Positions 36,541 through 46,560 of a stretch of DNA of 64,000 nucleotides are shown here, piece after piece. The notes under the pieces were generated by a model. The model had not been told where the DNA came from. It ran no database searches and worked only from the letters and a program-made list of their open reading frames with translations. The translations under genes and the position numbers were made by a program. How positions within the stretch are numbered: the stretch's first letter is position 1; each line of letters begins with the position of its first letter. The DNA is from Abditibacteriaceae bacterium. Lineage in GTDB: Bacteria; Armatimonadota; Abditibacteriia; Abditibacteriales; Abditibacteriaceae. The stretch spans positions 1 through 64,000 of the forward strand of contig JANPJS010000073.1 of assembly GCA_031425655.1 (NCBI GenBank), read 5' to 3'.

Positions 36541-36781
36541 GGCCGTTTTGCGCGCCGTCTTCGGCGCGATTCACGCCTGCCGCTTCGTAAAGCGGGCAAT
36601 GCTGCGTCTTGCTGCGATACAGCAACGCGCCGCCGATGGCCAAAAGCCCCAGCGCCGCCGGCAGACGGCCTTTAGCGCACAGTTGCAAGCCCGCCAGCGC
36701 CAATCCGCCGCCCGCCAAAAGCGAGGCCGTGCGTTCCTGTTCGCTCATGCTGGCGCCTGAAGCGCCACTATTTTCGTTCAT
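36541..36781 (-). pseudogene. N-terminal YgaP/DUF2892-type fragment, probably of an SRPBCC protein
   Basis: ERTASLLAGGGL...LLYRSKTQHCPLYEAAGVN; RBS aaggag; runs out of frame into the ADH fragment. Confidence 0.65.
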
Positions 36782-37099
36782 GTTTGCTCCTTAAATCCGA
36801 CTCCGGCGCCAGCGGCACATTGCGTGCCTCGCGCGCCGAGTTTTGTGCGTAACCGTTTGAAACTTCGATTCGGCATCTGCAAAAGTGAGACTTCAAAGCG
36901 CCGCGCCACTGCCGAAGAAAATCAAAGCCGCTGATGAGCAGAAGACGAAACCCCTTTGGCGCGCAAATTTCGCACAACTAATCTCCATGAAACTCATAAC
37001 CAAATCACCACGAAACAGCGGTTTGCAAGGCGCCTAACCGCTGTTAAACTGCGCCGCGTTCACAAGTCAATCCTTTGTTTTCAACGCACGGGCCGGGGC

Positions 37100-37117
37100 T
37101 TGAGAAAGATTTCACAA
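37100..37117. promoter_or_regulatory. Rex-like (or Crp/Fnr-like) operator upstream of ctaAB
   Basis: TTGAGAA-AGAT-TTCACAA, one mismatch to the Rex consensus. Confidence 0.65.
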
Positions 37118-37192
37118 ACAACGTGAAAAGCTGTTTCAAAGGCCCGGTTTGGATGAGCGCGTTGCAAAGACCGTTGCCGAATTCGCCGCATC

Positions 37193-39241
37193 ATGATCTC
37201 ACCCGCTGCACTTCCCACATCGCCCGCAAGCTCAATTGAAGCTGCGGAGTTTGCTCCGGTCACGGGCATTGGTGGCGGCAGCCGAAAATTTGCCCGCTTT
37301 GGCTGGTGGGTTCTGGCTTATTGCCTTGTGGTGTCGGCTTGGGGAGTGTTCGTGCGCGCCAGCGGCGCCGGCGACGGGTGCGGCGCCAACTGGCCCAAAT
37401 GCGACGGCAGTTTTATGCCTTTACTTTCGGGCAACTGGGAAAAAACGGTCGAAGCCAGCCATCGCCTGACCAGCGGTATAATTCTGCCGCTCGTTATCGC
37501 GCTTTTAGTTGGCGCACATCGCATATTTCCGCGCCGTGATTATCCAAGCCATCCGGCGCGCAAAGCGGCGTCGTGGGCACTGGGCGCCACGCTGATCGAA
37601 GTGATTATCGGCGCGGTTTTGGTAAAAATGGGCTGGGTTGATAAAAGTGCGGCGCCGGGTCGCGTTTTTCTCGGCATCGGCCATCTGATGAGCACGTTTT
37701 TGCTGGTCGGCTCTATCGCTTTAACGGCGTGGTGGGGCAGCGGCGCGGCGAAGTTGAATTTGCGCGGACAAGGGCCGCTGGCGACAGCGATGTTGGGCGC
37801 CGTCGCGGGCACGCTTTTGCTGGGAATTACCGGCGCGATTAGCGCGCTCGGCGACACGATTTATCCCGCCAGTTCGCTGCTCGAAGGCATCAAGCAGGAT
37901 TTCAATCCGACTTCGCATTACTTATTGCAATTGCGCGTCTGGCATCCGTGGCTGGCGGCGACGATGAGCCTTTATGTGATTCTCATCGCAGGCGTTGTCA
38001 CCAAATTGCGGCCTTCGCCCGATGTGATTCGCTGGGCGCGCTTGCTTTCGTTATGTTTTCTGCTGCAAATGGCGGCGGGATTCGTGAATTTGCTGTATTT
38101 AGCGCCGATTCCGCTGCAAATGCTGCACTTGTTTTTAGCCGATTTGCTGTGGCTGGCGATGCTTTTGATGGCGGTTTCGGCTTTAGCTGAAGGCGTGCCG
38201 CAAATCGAAACCGCGCAGGACGACAGCTTGGCCGGGCTATTATCCGGCAAAACGCTGAGCGAAGGCGTCGGGCGCGCGACCTGGAAAGATTACGTGGTGC
38301 TAACCAAGCCGCGCGTGATTAGCTTGTTGCTTTTGACGACCGTCGCAGCGATGTTCGTGGCTTCAGGCGATACTTTGCCGAGTTTCGTGCTGGTTTTGGC
38401 GACAAGTCTGGGTTTTTACATGGCGGCGGGCGCGGCCAACACCATCAATATGGTGCTGGAACGCGATCTCGATTTGAAAATGAAGCGCACTGCGGAGCGC
38501 CCACTCGTGACGCAGAAAATCTCGTCGCGCCACGCGCTGCGCTTTGCGTTTTTGATGGCGTTCGGCTCGTTTATCACGCTTTCGGCGTTCGCCAGCACGC
38601 TTTCGGCACTCATGGCGTTGTCGGGGCTGGTGTTTTACGTTGTGGTTTATACGATCATGCTCAAGCGGCGCGGTTGGTATAACATCGTTATCGGCGGCGC
38701 GGCGGGCGCGTTCCCTCCTCTTGTTGGCTGGGCGGCGGTGACGGGCAGTTTGAGCAACGTGGCGCTGGTGTTGTTCGCGTTAGTTTTTGTGTGGACGCCG
38801 GTGCATTTCTGGGCGTTGGCGCTGCTGATTAAAGAAGATTACGCCGAAGCCGGTGTGCCGATGCTGCCCTGCGTGCGCGGCGACCGCGCCACGGTTATCC
38901 AAATCGCGGCTTACACCGTTTTGACAGTTGGCGTTTCGCTCGTGCCGCTGTTTTTGAAAAACGCCGAAGGCATCGCGTTCGCCGGGCCGGTTTATTTGTG
39001 TGCGGCGCTGCTCTTGAATGCGGTTTTGGTGGCACAAAGTGCGCGATTGTTTCGCGTCCCGGAACGCGCGCAGGCCAGTTCGCTGTTTCATTATTCGATG
39101 ATTTATCTGGCCTTTCTTTTCGTGGCTTTGGCTGTGGAGCGCGCCGGTTGGCAGGCGGCTTTGGCCGCGATTTTTGCCGGTTGGGTGTGTTTTGAGTTAG
39201 AAAAATTGTCTCGGCCTCTCGGCAAGACGGCGACAGGCTGA
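37193..39241 (+). CDS. ctaB: Fused heme A synthase (CtaA/COX15) and heme O synthase (CtaB/CyoE)
   Basis: GDGCGANWPKC, EASHR, LHL; then TKPRVI, ERDLDLKMKRTAERP, WTPVHFWAL. Confidence 0.9.
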   Translation: MISPAALPTSPASSIEAAEFAPVTGIGGGSRKFARFGWWVLAYCLVVSAWGVFVRASGAGDGCGANWPKCDGSFMPLLSGNWEKTVEASHRLTSGIILPLVIALLVGAHRIFPRRDYPSHPARKAASWALGATLIEVIIGAVLVKMGWVDKSAAPGRVFLGIGHLMSTFLLVGSIALTAWWGSGAAKLNLRGQGPLATAMLGAVAGTLLLGITGAISALGDTIYPASSLLEGIKQDFNPTSHYLLQLRVWHPWLAATMSLYVILIAGVVTKLRPSPDVIRWARLLSLCFLLQMAAGFVNLLYLAPIPLQMLHLFLADLLWLAMLLMAVSALAEGVPQIETAQDDSLAGLLSGKTLSEGVGRATWKDYVVLTKPRVISLLLLTTVAAMFVASGDTLPSFVLVLATSLGFYMAAGAANTINMVLERDLDLKMKRTAERPLVTQKISSRHALRFAFLMAFGSFITLSAFASTLSALMALSGLVFYVVVYTIMLKRRGWYNIVIGGAAGAFPPLVGWAAVTGSLSNVALVLFALVFVWTPVHFWALALLIKEDYAEAGVPMLPCVRGDRATVIQIAAYTVLTVGVSLVPLFLKNAEGIAFAGPVYLCAALLLNAVLVAQSARLFRVPERAQASSLFHYSMIYLAFLFVALAVERAGWQAALAAIFAGWVCFELEKLSRPLGKTATG

Positions 39242-39378
39242 TATATTTTTGGTGCCGCATCGTAGACACTGGATTTGGACGTAGTCGTTTGCAACTCGCA
39301 CGCGTTTGACGGTTGTTTAGCAACGAAAATCGGCCTTCGGGGCCGAAATTTCTTGAGAAGAGAAGAACCAGGGCCGAT

Positions 39379-40065
39379 ATGGCGCAAGTTTTTCATCGCA
39401 GTTCAAATACTGCTGCCAAAGCCGGCATCGTCGGCGGGTTATTGGGGTTGCTCGGACTTTCGGGCGCCGTGTTTGGGTTCAACCAGACTTATGGCAACCG
39501 CATGTATGTGCCGGTTGAGCAGCCGGTCGCGTTTTCGCACAAGCACCACGTCATAGACGACGGCATTGATTGCCGTTATTGTCACACGTCGGTCGAAAAT
39601 GCGGCCTTCGCGGGCATTCCTCCCACGCACACTTGCATGACGTGCCACTCGCAAATCTGGAGCGACAGTCCGCTTTTGCAGCCGGTGCGCGAAAGTCTGG
39701 CCACGGGCAAGCCGATTCCATGGACGCGCGTTCACGATATGCCCGACTTTGTGTATTTCAACCACTCGATTCACGTCAAAAAGGGCGTCGGCTGCCAGAC
39801 GTGCCACGGGCGCGTTGACAAGATGCCGATCACCTGGAAAGAACACACCATGACGATGAGCTGGTGCTTGGACTGTCATCGCCATCCTGAGAAATACGTG
39901 CGTCCGCGCGACGCCATTTACAACATGGATTGGAAAGCCTCAGACGTGATTAATCCAGCAACCGACCAGCCTTACGACCAGATTACATTGGGCCGCGAAC
40001 TGGTGAAAAAATACCGCATCCGCAACGAAGAGCAGATCACCAACTGCTCGGTTTGCCACAGATAA
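39379..40065 (+). CDS. actA: Alternative complex III pentaheme cytochrome c
   Basis: Five CxxCH: CRYCH, CMTCH, CQTCH, CLDCH, CSVCH. Confidence 0.92.
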   Translation: MAQVFHRSSNTAAKAGIVGGLLGLLGLSGAVFGFNQTYGNRMYVPVEQPVAFSHKHHVIDDGIDCRYCHTSVENAAFAGIPPTHTCMTCHSQIWSDSPLLQPVRESLATGKPIPWTRVHDMPDFVYFNHSIHVKKGVGCQTCHGRVDKMPITWKEHTMTMSWCLDCHRHPEKYVRPRDAIYNMDWKASDVINPATDQPYDQITLGRELVKKYRIRNEEQITNCSVCHR

Positions 40066-40088
40066 AAGGCGAAGAGCGCCCTTTCACG

Positions 40089-43000
40089 ATGAGCGAAGAC
40101 ATCAAGCTGATCACAAAAAACGGCAAAGTGCGCCTTGAAAACGGCGCCGCAGACGGCCACCAGCACGGTCACGCCGACGGCCACCAGCACGGTCACGCCG
40201 ACGGCCACCAGCACGGCCACGCCGACGGCCACCAGCACGGCCACGCCGACGGTCATCATCACGACCACGAGGAAGCGGCTCCGGCGAACTTCATTCCGCT
40301 CGGCGCGCTGACGCGCAACCGTGTTGTCGAGGCCAAGCCACAACTCGATTTGGCCGCCGTGCGCACCAAGTTGGCGTCGAGTAAGGGCAAAGGCTACTGG
40401 CGCAGTCTGGAAGAATTGGCCGGACGCGAAGATTTTCACGCGCTGATGGAGCGCGAGTTTCCTCACACCGCGCCGCGCGACATGACGCCGCTTTCGCGCC
40501 GCGAATTCGTGCGCTTAATGGGCGCATCGCTGGCTTTGGCCGGCCTCGCGGGCTGCGCTTTTCAGCCGGCGGAAAAGATTTTGCCTTACGTCGAGCAGCC
40601 GGAAAACCTGATTCCCGGCAAGCCGCTTTTCTACGCGACGGCGATGACGATGGGCGGCTACGCCATCGGCGTTTTAGCCGAAAGCCATGCGGGACGCCCG
40701 GTTAAGCTCGAAGGCAACCCGCAGCATCCGGGCAGCAAAGGCGCCTCCGACACTTGGACTCAGGCTTCGTTATTAGGACTTTACGACCCGGAGCGTTCAC
40801 AAACCGTGCTGCGGCGCGGCGAAGGTTCGTCGTGGGATTCATTTACCGGCGAATTGCACGAGGCTTTGCAAAAGCAGCGCGCCAAACGCGGCGCGGGCCT
40901 GCGGATTCTGACCGAAACCGTGACTTCGCCGACTTTAGCCGCGCAGATTTCGCAGCTTTTGACGCTTTATCCCGAAGCGCGCTGGCATCAATACGAGCCG
41001 ATTACGCGCGACAACGTGCGCGACGGCGCTCGCTTGGCTTTTGGTGAAGACGTTCATACGCTTTACGATTTCAGCAAAGCCGACAAAGTGCTGTCGCTGG
41101 ACGCCAATTTCCTGCAAGAAGAGCCGGGCCGATTGATTTACGCGCGCGATTTCATCGAAAAGCGCCGCGCCAAATCCACCGATGTCGCCGCAGCCAAGCG
41201 CATGAGCCGGCTTTACGCCGTTGAATCCATGCCGACGATTACCGGCGCGATGGCCGACAACCGTTTGCCGCTGCGCTCCAGTGATGTCGAAGCCTTTGCA
41301 CGCGCGTTGGGCGCCGCACTGGGCGTGTCGGGCCTCAGCGGCGAGGCGCCGCAAGCGGGCGCCGGCAAAGATGACGTTAAAAAGTGGATTGATACGCTTG
41401 CCAAAGACCTGACGCCGGGTTCGAGCCTTGTCATTGCGGGCGCACATCAGCCGCCGGTTGTTCACGCGATTGTTCACGCCATTAATAAACATCTTGGCAA
41501 CGTCGGCAAGAGCGTGATTTACACGGCGCCGGTCGAAGTCAAACCGGAAAATCAGGCCGCATCGCTGAAGGCTTTGGCCGCCGATATGAATGCCGGAACG
41601 GTGCAGGCGCTGCTGATTTTAGGCGGCAATCCGGCCTACAACGCGCCCGCCGACCTCGACTTTGCCAAATCATTGGAAGAATTGTCGAAGAACAAAGCTC
41701 GATTTACGGCGCATTTGGGCAATAATTTCGACGAAACCGGCACGCTTTGCCAGTGGCACGTTCCCGAAGCGCATTATCTGGAAACGTGGGGCGACACGCG
41801 CGCTTACGACGGCACCATCGCCATTCAGCAGCCGCTCATCGTGCCGCTTTACAACGACGCGCGCTCGGCGCTGGAAATCGTCGCCACGGTTTTGGCGCCA
41901 AGCCGCCGGGGCGCGATTCAAACCGCGGCCAGCGGCTACGAACTGGTGCGCGAATACTGGGCCGGGCGTCAAAGCGGCGGCTTCGACAAGTTTTGGAACA
42001 GGTGCGTCCACGATGGCATTGTGAAGGATACCGACGTGCGCCGGCGTCCGAAAAACGTGACTTTGCGCGCTGGTTTTGCTTCGGTTGCCACGCCCAAAGC
42101 GGCGGGCAAGTTTGAAATCACCTTTCGCAGCGATCCCTCGGTTTGGGACGGGCGCTTCGCCAATAATGCGTGGCTGCAAGAATTGCCGCGTCCATTGACC
42201 AAATTAGTCTGGGATAACGCCGCGCACATCAGCCCCGCCACTGCCGAAGAATTGGGCGTTGGCTCAGGCGACTTGCTGTTGTTGAAAATTGGCGACCGCG
42301 CGCAAAAGCTTCCGGCGTGGGTTATGCCGGGCCATCCCGATCATTCCGTCACGGTTCATCTGGGCTATGGCCGGACGCAGGGCGGCAACGTCGCCAAAGG
42401 CGAAGAAGGCGTCGGCGTTGGATTCAATGCTTACACGCTTCGCACTTCGGACGCGATGGACATCGCGCACGGCGAAGTCAGCAAAGCGGGCGGCCATTAT
42501 AGATTGGTGGCCACGCAGGAGCATCACTTGATTGACGGCTCGGCGCCTGCGCTGAAACCCGGTCAAGTGGACACCACAGCGGGCCGTTCGCACGATATTT
42601 TGCATTCCTCGACGTTGGCCGCGTTCGCGTCCGGCAAATATCCCGAACCAAAGGCTCATCACGATCCGGCTTCGCTGTATCCGCCGATGTGGCCTTCGGA
42701 TATTTCCACGAAAAACCAAACCGCCGAGCGCGACCGCGTTGGTGAGCACCCTGATGGCAGCACCGGCAGCGAAAAGTTGGGCAAAGGTAAGTTCGACGCC
42801 GACGGCATTGACCGCTCGCATTCGCAGGACGTAGAGCGCGTGGTGCCGCAGCATCACGCCAAGCCCATAAACTACGCGCAGCATCAGTGGGGCATGAGCG
42901 TTGACCTGACGGCGTGCATCGGCTGCAACGCCTGCACCGTCGCCTGTCAGGCCGAAAACAACATTGCAACCGTGGGCAAGACGATGGTTCACATGAACCG

Positions 43001-43664
43001 CGAAATGCACTGGCTGCGCATTGACACTTATTACAAAGGTTCACTGGAGAATCCGACGGCGTATTTCCAGCCGATGATGTGCCAGCACTGCGAAAAAGCG
43101 CCCTGCGAGCCGGTTTGTCCGGTTGAAGCGACCACGCACAGCGCCGAGGGCATCAACGAGATGACCTACAACCGCTGCGTGGGCACCAAGTATTGCTCGA
43201 ACAACTGCCCTTATAAGGTGCGGCGCTTCAATTTCCTGCAATGGTCGGATCAACAGACGCCGACGATTCAGATGATGCGTAATCCGGACGTGACGGTGCG
43301 TTCGCGCGGCGTGATGGAAAAATGCACGTTTTGCGTGCAGCGCGTGAACGCCGCGCGTATTCAAGCCGAGCGCGAAGACCGGCCCGTGCAGGAAGGCGAA
43401 GTGTTGACCGCCTGCCAGCAATCGTGCCCGACGAATGCGATTGTTTTCGGCAATCTGATCGGAACAAAAGCCGATAAAAGAACGCCGAGCAGTGTGCGAC
43501 AATTGCGCGAACATCCGCTGACTTACAGCGTGTTAGCCGAATTAAGCACGCATCCGCGCGTGACGTATTTAGCGCAGCTTCGTAATCCGCACCCCGATTT
43601 GGTGACCGAAGACGCAGAAGCCGGACATGAGGGCGCAGCCGCACACGGCGCCGCCTCGCATTGA
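40089..43664 (+). CDS. actB: Alternative complex III subunit B (molybdopterin-like + Fe-S domains)
   Basis: YWRSLEE, Tat SRREF, CIGCNACTVAC, CQHCEKAPCEPVCP, CVGTKYCSNNCP. Confidence 0.93.
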   Translation: MSEDIKLITKNGKVRLENGAADGHQHGHADGHQHGHADGHQHGHADGHQHGHADGHHHDHEEAAPANFIPLGALTRNRVVEAKPQLDLAAVRTKLASSKGKGYWRSLEELAGREDFHALMEREFPHTAPRDMTPLSRREFVRLMGASLALAGLAGCAFQPAEKILPYVEQPENLIPGKPLFYATAMTMGGYAIGVLAESHAGRPVKLEGNPQHPGSKGASDTWTQASLLGLYDPERSQTVLRRGEGSSWDSFTGELHEALQKQRAKRGAGLRILTETVTSPTLAAQISQLLTLYPEARWHQYEPITRDNVRDGARLAFGEDVHTLYDFSKADKVLSLDANFLQEEPGRLIYARDFIEKRRAKSTDVAAAKRMSRLYAVESMPTITGAMADNRLPLRSSDVEAFARALGAALGVSGLSGEAPQAGAGKDDVKKWIDTLAKDLTPGSSLVIAGAHQPPVVHAIVHAINKHLGNVGKSVIYTAPVEVKPENQAASLKALAADMNAGTVQALLILGGNPAYNAPADLDFAKSLEELSKNKARFTAHLGNNFDETGTLCQWHVPEAHYLETWGDTRAYDGTIAIQQPLIVPLYNDARSALEIVATVLAPSRRGAIQTAASGYELVREYWAGRQSGGFDKFWNRCVHDGIVKDTDVRRRPKNVTLRAGFASVATPKAAGKFEITFRSDPSVWDGRFANNAWLQELPRPLTKLVWDNAAHISPATAEELGVGSGDLLLLKIGDRAQKLPAWVMPGHPDHSVTVHLGYGRTQGGNVAKGEEGVGVGFNAYTLRTSDAMDIAHGEVSKAGGHYRLVATQEHHLIDGSAPALKPGQVDTTAGRSHDILHSSTLAAFASGKYPEPKAHHDPASLYPPMWPSDISTKNQTAERDRVGEHPDGSTGSEKLGKGKFDADGIDRSHSQDVERVVPQHHAKPINYAQHQWGMSVDLTACIGCNACTVACQAENNIATVGKTMVHMNREMHWLRIDTYYKGSLENPTAYFQPMMCQHCEKAPCEPVCPVEATTHSAEGINEMTYNRCVGTKYCSNNCPYKVRRFNFLQWSDQQTPTIQMMRNPDVTVRSRGVMEKCTFCVQRVNAARIQAEREDRPVQEGEVLTACQQSCPTNAIVFGNLIGTKADKRTPSSVRQLREHPLTYSVLAELSTHPRVTYLAQLRNPHPDLVTEDAEAGHEGAAAHGAASH
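40152..40268 (+). repeat. 24-bp coding tandem repeat (DGHQHGHA x4 plus partial)
   Basis: gacggccaccagcacggYcacgcc four times. Confidence 0.95.
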
Positions 43665-43709
43665 TTTTTCCTTGCCGCGTTTAGCGGCTGAGTCGAAGGA
43701 GTTTTAGTA

Positions 43710-45113
43710 ATGGCCGTTGCGCACATTCCGCACGAAAAGCCAATCAATCCGCCAGTCGGTGATCAGGAAGAATACGCGATCATCACGCCCGGTCACGACT
43801 ACAACTCGGTGACGGAGAAAATCGCCGATTCGGTTTTAGCGCGTCCGGTTTCGCTAAGCTGGCTGGCGATGGTCGGCTTGTTCGGCGCGATGCTGTGCAT
43901 GATGGTCGGCTCCGTCGTGTGGGTCGTTTTGATGGGCGTCGGCGTCTGGGGCATCAATGTCCCGGTCGGCTGGGGCTTCGACATCATCAACTTCGTGTGG
44001 TGGATCGGTATCGGCCACGCCGGAACGCTGATTTCCGCCATTCTTTTGCTGCTGCATCAAGGCTGGCGCACTTCGATCAACCGCTTCGCCGAAGCCATGA
44101 CGCTGTTCGCCGTGGCCTGCGCCGGTCTCTATGTGACGTGCCACATCGGGCGCCACCAGTATCTCTACTGGCTGTTTCCGCTTCCCAACACGATGGGTTT
44201 ATGGCCGCAGTTCCGCAGCCCTCTGGCGTGGGACGTGTTCGCGGTTTCGACTTACGGAACCGTTTCGCTGCTCTTCTGGTATGTCGGATTAATTCCCGAC
44301 CTTGCCACGCTGCGCGACCGTTCCAAGAATCCTCTGATTCAAAAAATTTACGCTCTGGCGTGCTTGGGATGGCGCGGTTCACAGCGCCACTGGCATCGCT
44401 ACACGGCGTTGTATCTGATTTTGGCGGGCATTTCGACGCCTCTCGTGCTTTCGGTTCACAGCACGATTAGCTTCGACTTCGCGGTTGGTCTGGTTCCCGG
44501 CTGGCACTCAACTATTTTCCCTCCTTACTTCGTGGCCGGTGCCGTATTCGCCGGCTTTGCGATGGTGCTGATTCTCGCCATTCCGTTGAGAGCTTTCTAT
44601 AACATGAAAGACCTCATCACCATGAAGCACTTGGAAAACATGGCGAAGGTGATGTTGGCGACCGGCAACGTGGTGTTTTACGGCTACTTGGTCGAGGTGT
44701 TTTTCGGATTCTTCAGCGGCAACAAATACGAAGGCTACATGACGTGGAATCGCATGGTCGGCCCGTATTGGTGGACGTATTGGACGCTGATTTTCTGCAA
44801 CGGCATCGCGCCGCAGATTTTGTGGTTCAAGAAATACCGCACGCATATTCCGACTTTGTTCGTGATTTCGGTCATCGTCAGCATCGGAATGTGGTTTGAG
44901 CGGTTCGTCATCATCGTCGTGAGCTTACACCGCGAGTTCCTGCCTTCGGCGTGGGGCAATTACACGCCGACGGTTTGGGAAATTATGCTTTACATGGGCA
45001 CGATGGGCTTGTTTACGACGCTGTTCCTGTTGTTCGTGCGTTGCCTGCCTTCGATTTCGATTGCCGAAATGAAAGAACTAATCCATCACGAGGAGCAGCA
45101 CGGCGCGCACTGA
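43710..45113 (+). CDS. actC: Alternative complex III quinol-binding subunit (NrfD family)
   Basis: FVWWIGIGHAGTLISA, SPLAWDVFAVSTY, WHSTIFPPYFVAGA. Confidence 0.93.
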   Translation: MAVAHIPHEKPINPPVGDQEEYAIITPGHDYNSVTEKIADSVLARPVSLSWLAMVGLFGAMLCMMVGSVVWVVLMGVGVWGINVPVGWGFDIINFVWWIGIGHAGTLISAILLLLHQGWRTSINRFAEAMTLFAVACAGLYVTCHIGRHQYLYWLFPLPNTMGLWPQFRSPLAWDVFAVSTYGTVSLLFWYVGLIPDLATLRDRSKNPLIQKIYALACLGWRGSQRHWHRYTALYLILAGISTPLVLSVHSTISFDFAVGLVPGWHSTIFPPYFVAGAVFAGFAMVLILAIPLRAFYNMKDLITMKHLENMAKVMLATGNVVFYGYLVEVFFGFFSGNKYEGYMTWNRMVGPYWWTYWTLIFCNGIAPQILWFKKYRTHIPTLFVISVIVSIGMWFERFVIIVVSLHREFLPSAWGNYTPTVWEIMLYMGTMGLFTTLFLLFVRCLPSISIAEMKELIHHEEQHGAH

Positions 45114-45129
45114 AGCGCCTGAAACTCTC

Positions 45130-45675
45130 ATGTTGATTAAGGAAGAATCGCAGATTTTCGGTGTTTCGGCAGAATACGACTCGCCCGAAGCCTTGCTGGC
45201 GGCGACCAATCGCGCTCGCAAGGCCGGTTACGTCAAAATGGATGCCTATACGCCGTTTCCCGTCGAAGGGATGTCGGATGCCTTAGCCATCAAAGATAAG
45301 TGGATCATTATCTTGATGCTGGTCGGCGGTTTTATCGGCTGCATCAACGGCTGGCTGCTGCAATATTGGGGAAGTGTGGCGTCGTATCCGCTTAACATCG
45401 GCGGGCGCCCGATCATTAGCTGGCCGCAAATGGTGGTCATCATGTTCGAGGCCACGATTCTCACTTCGGCGCTCACCGGCGTGTTCGGCATGATTATTTT
45501 GAATGGCCTGCCGGAGCCGTATCATCCGATGTTCAACGTGCCGGGCTTCGAGCGCGCTTCGCAAGATCGCTTTTTCCTGTGCATTGAGGAAAAAGACGCG
45601 AAGTTCGACGTGCAGGAAACGATGCGCTTTTTGCAAGGCACCGGCGCGCTCAGTGTGGCGGAGGTGGCGAAATAA
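45130..45675 (+). CDS. actD: Alternative complex III subunit D (DUF3341)
   Basis: DAYTPFPVEG, YPLNIGGRP, DRFFLCIE. Confidence 0.9.
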   Translation: MLIKEESQIFGVSAEYDSPEALLAATNRARKAGYVKMDAYTPFPVEGMSDALAIKDKWIIILMLVGGFIGCINGWLLQYWGSVASYPLNIGGRPIISWPQMVVIMFEATILTSALTGVFGMIILNGLPEPYHPMFNVPGFERASQDRFFLCIEEKDAKFDVQETMRFLQGTGALSVAEVAK

Positions 45676-45677
45676 GC

Positions 45678-46505
45678 ATGAAAAGCTACAAAATCTTTCG
45701 CAATCTGTCGCTGCTTTTGTTGGCGGGCGCTTTGAGTGGCTGCACGCGCAATCACGAGTTCCAGCCGGTTGATATGTGGAACAACACGCGCTTAAAGCCT
45801 TACGAAGAACTGAAAAGTGCCCACGGCACGACGGCGCTGCCGATGCCTGCCGGAATTATTGCGCGGGGGCAACTGCGCGAAAACGACGCGCTTTATCGCG
45901 GCAAAACCGGCGACAAATTGGTAACGGCGTTTCCGATTGCCATCACGCCCGAAGTTTTAAAGCGTGGTCAGGAGCGTTACACGGTTTTCTGCGCGCCGTG
46001 TCACGGCGGCTTGGGCGACGGCAAAGGCATCATCGTGCAGCGCGGCTTTTCTATTCCGCCGGATTACACGATTCCGCGCTTAGTTGACGCGCCGGTCGGC
46101 CATTTTTACGATGTCATCACCAACGGCTACGGCGCGATGTATTCTTACGCAGCGCGCGTGCCGGTGAACGACCGTTGGGCGATTTCGGCTTATATTCGCG
46201 TTTTGCAAAAAACGCGAGCCAAAGGACGCAAGCCGGGCGGCCCAACGATGCCGGGAGGCGGCGTTTACACGCCCGGCATGAAGCCCTTCGAGCCGGACAC
46301 CGGCGAACACGGCGGCGCGGAACACGGCGGCTCAGAACACAAAAGCGGCGAACACGAAAACGCGCCGGGTGTGGCTCCGGGCAGTTCGATACCGAAGACA
46401 GACCACGCGTCCGGCGGCGCTGCGGAAGGCGCGACGCATGAGAAAGCCATCGGCGGCGACAGCAGCGACAAGGCATCGAACGATCAGGGGGCAAGTCCGC
46501 ATTGA
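45678..46505 (+). CDS. actE: Alternative complex III monoheme lipoprotein
   Basis: Lipobox LSGC; CAPCH; GYGAMYSY. Confidence 0.9.
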   Translation: MKSYKIFRNLSLLLLAGALSGCTRNHEFQPVDMWNNTRLKPYEELKSAHGTTALPMPAGIIARGQLRENDALYRGKTGDKLVTAFPIAITPEVLKRGQERYTVFCAPCHGGLGDGKGIIVQRGFSIPPDYTIPRLVDAPVGHFYDVITNGYGAMYSYAARVPVNDRWAISAYIRVLQKTRAKGRKPGGPTMPGGGVYTPGMKPFEPDTGEHGGAEHGGSEHKSGEHENAPGVAPGSSIPKTDHASGGAAEGATHEKAIGGDSSDKASNDQGASPH

Positions 46506-46560
46506 GGCGGATAAACAGAACGCCGCAAGTCGCATTGGGTGACTTTTGGCGCGAGACGAC

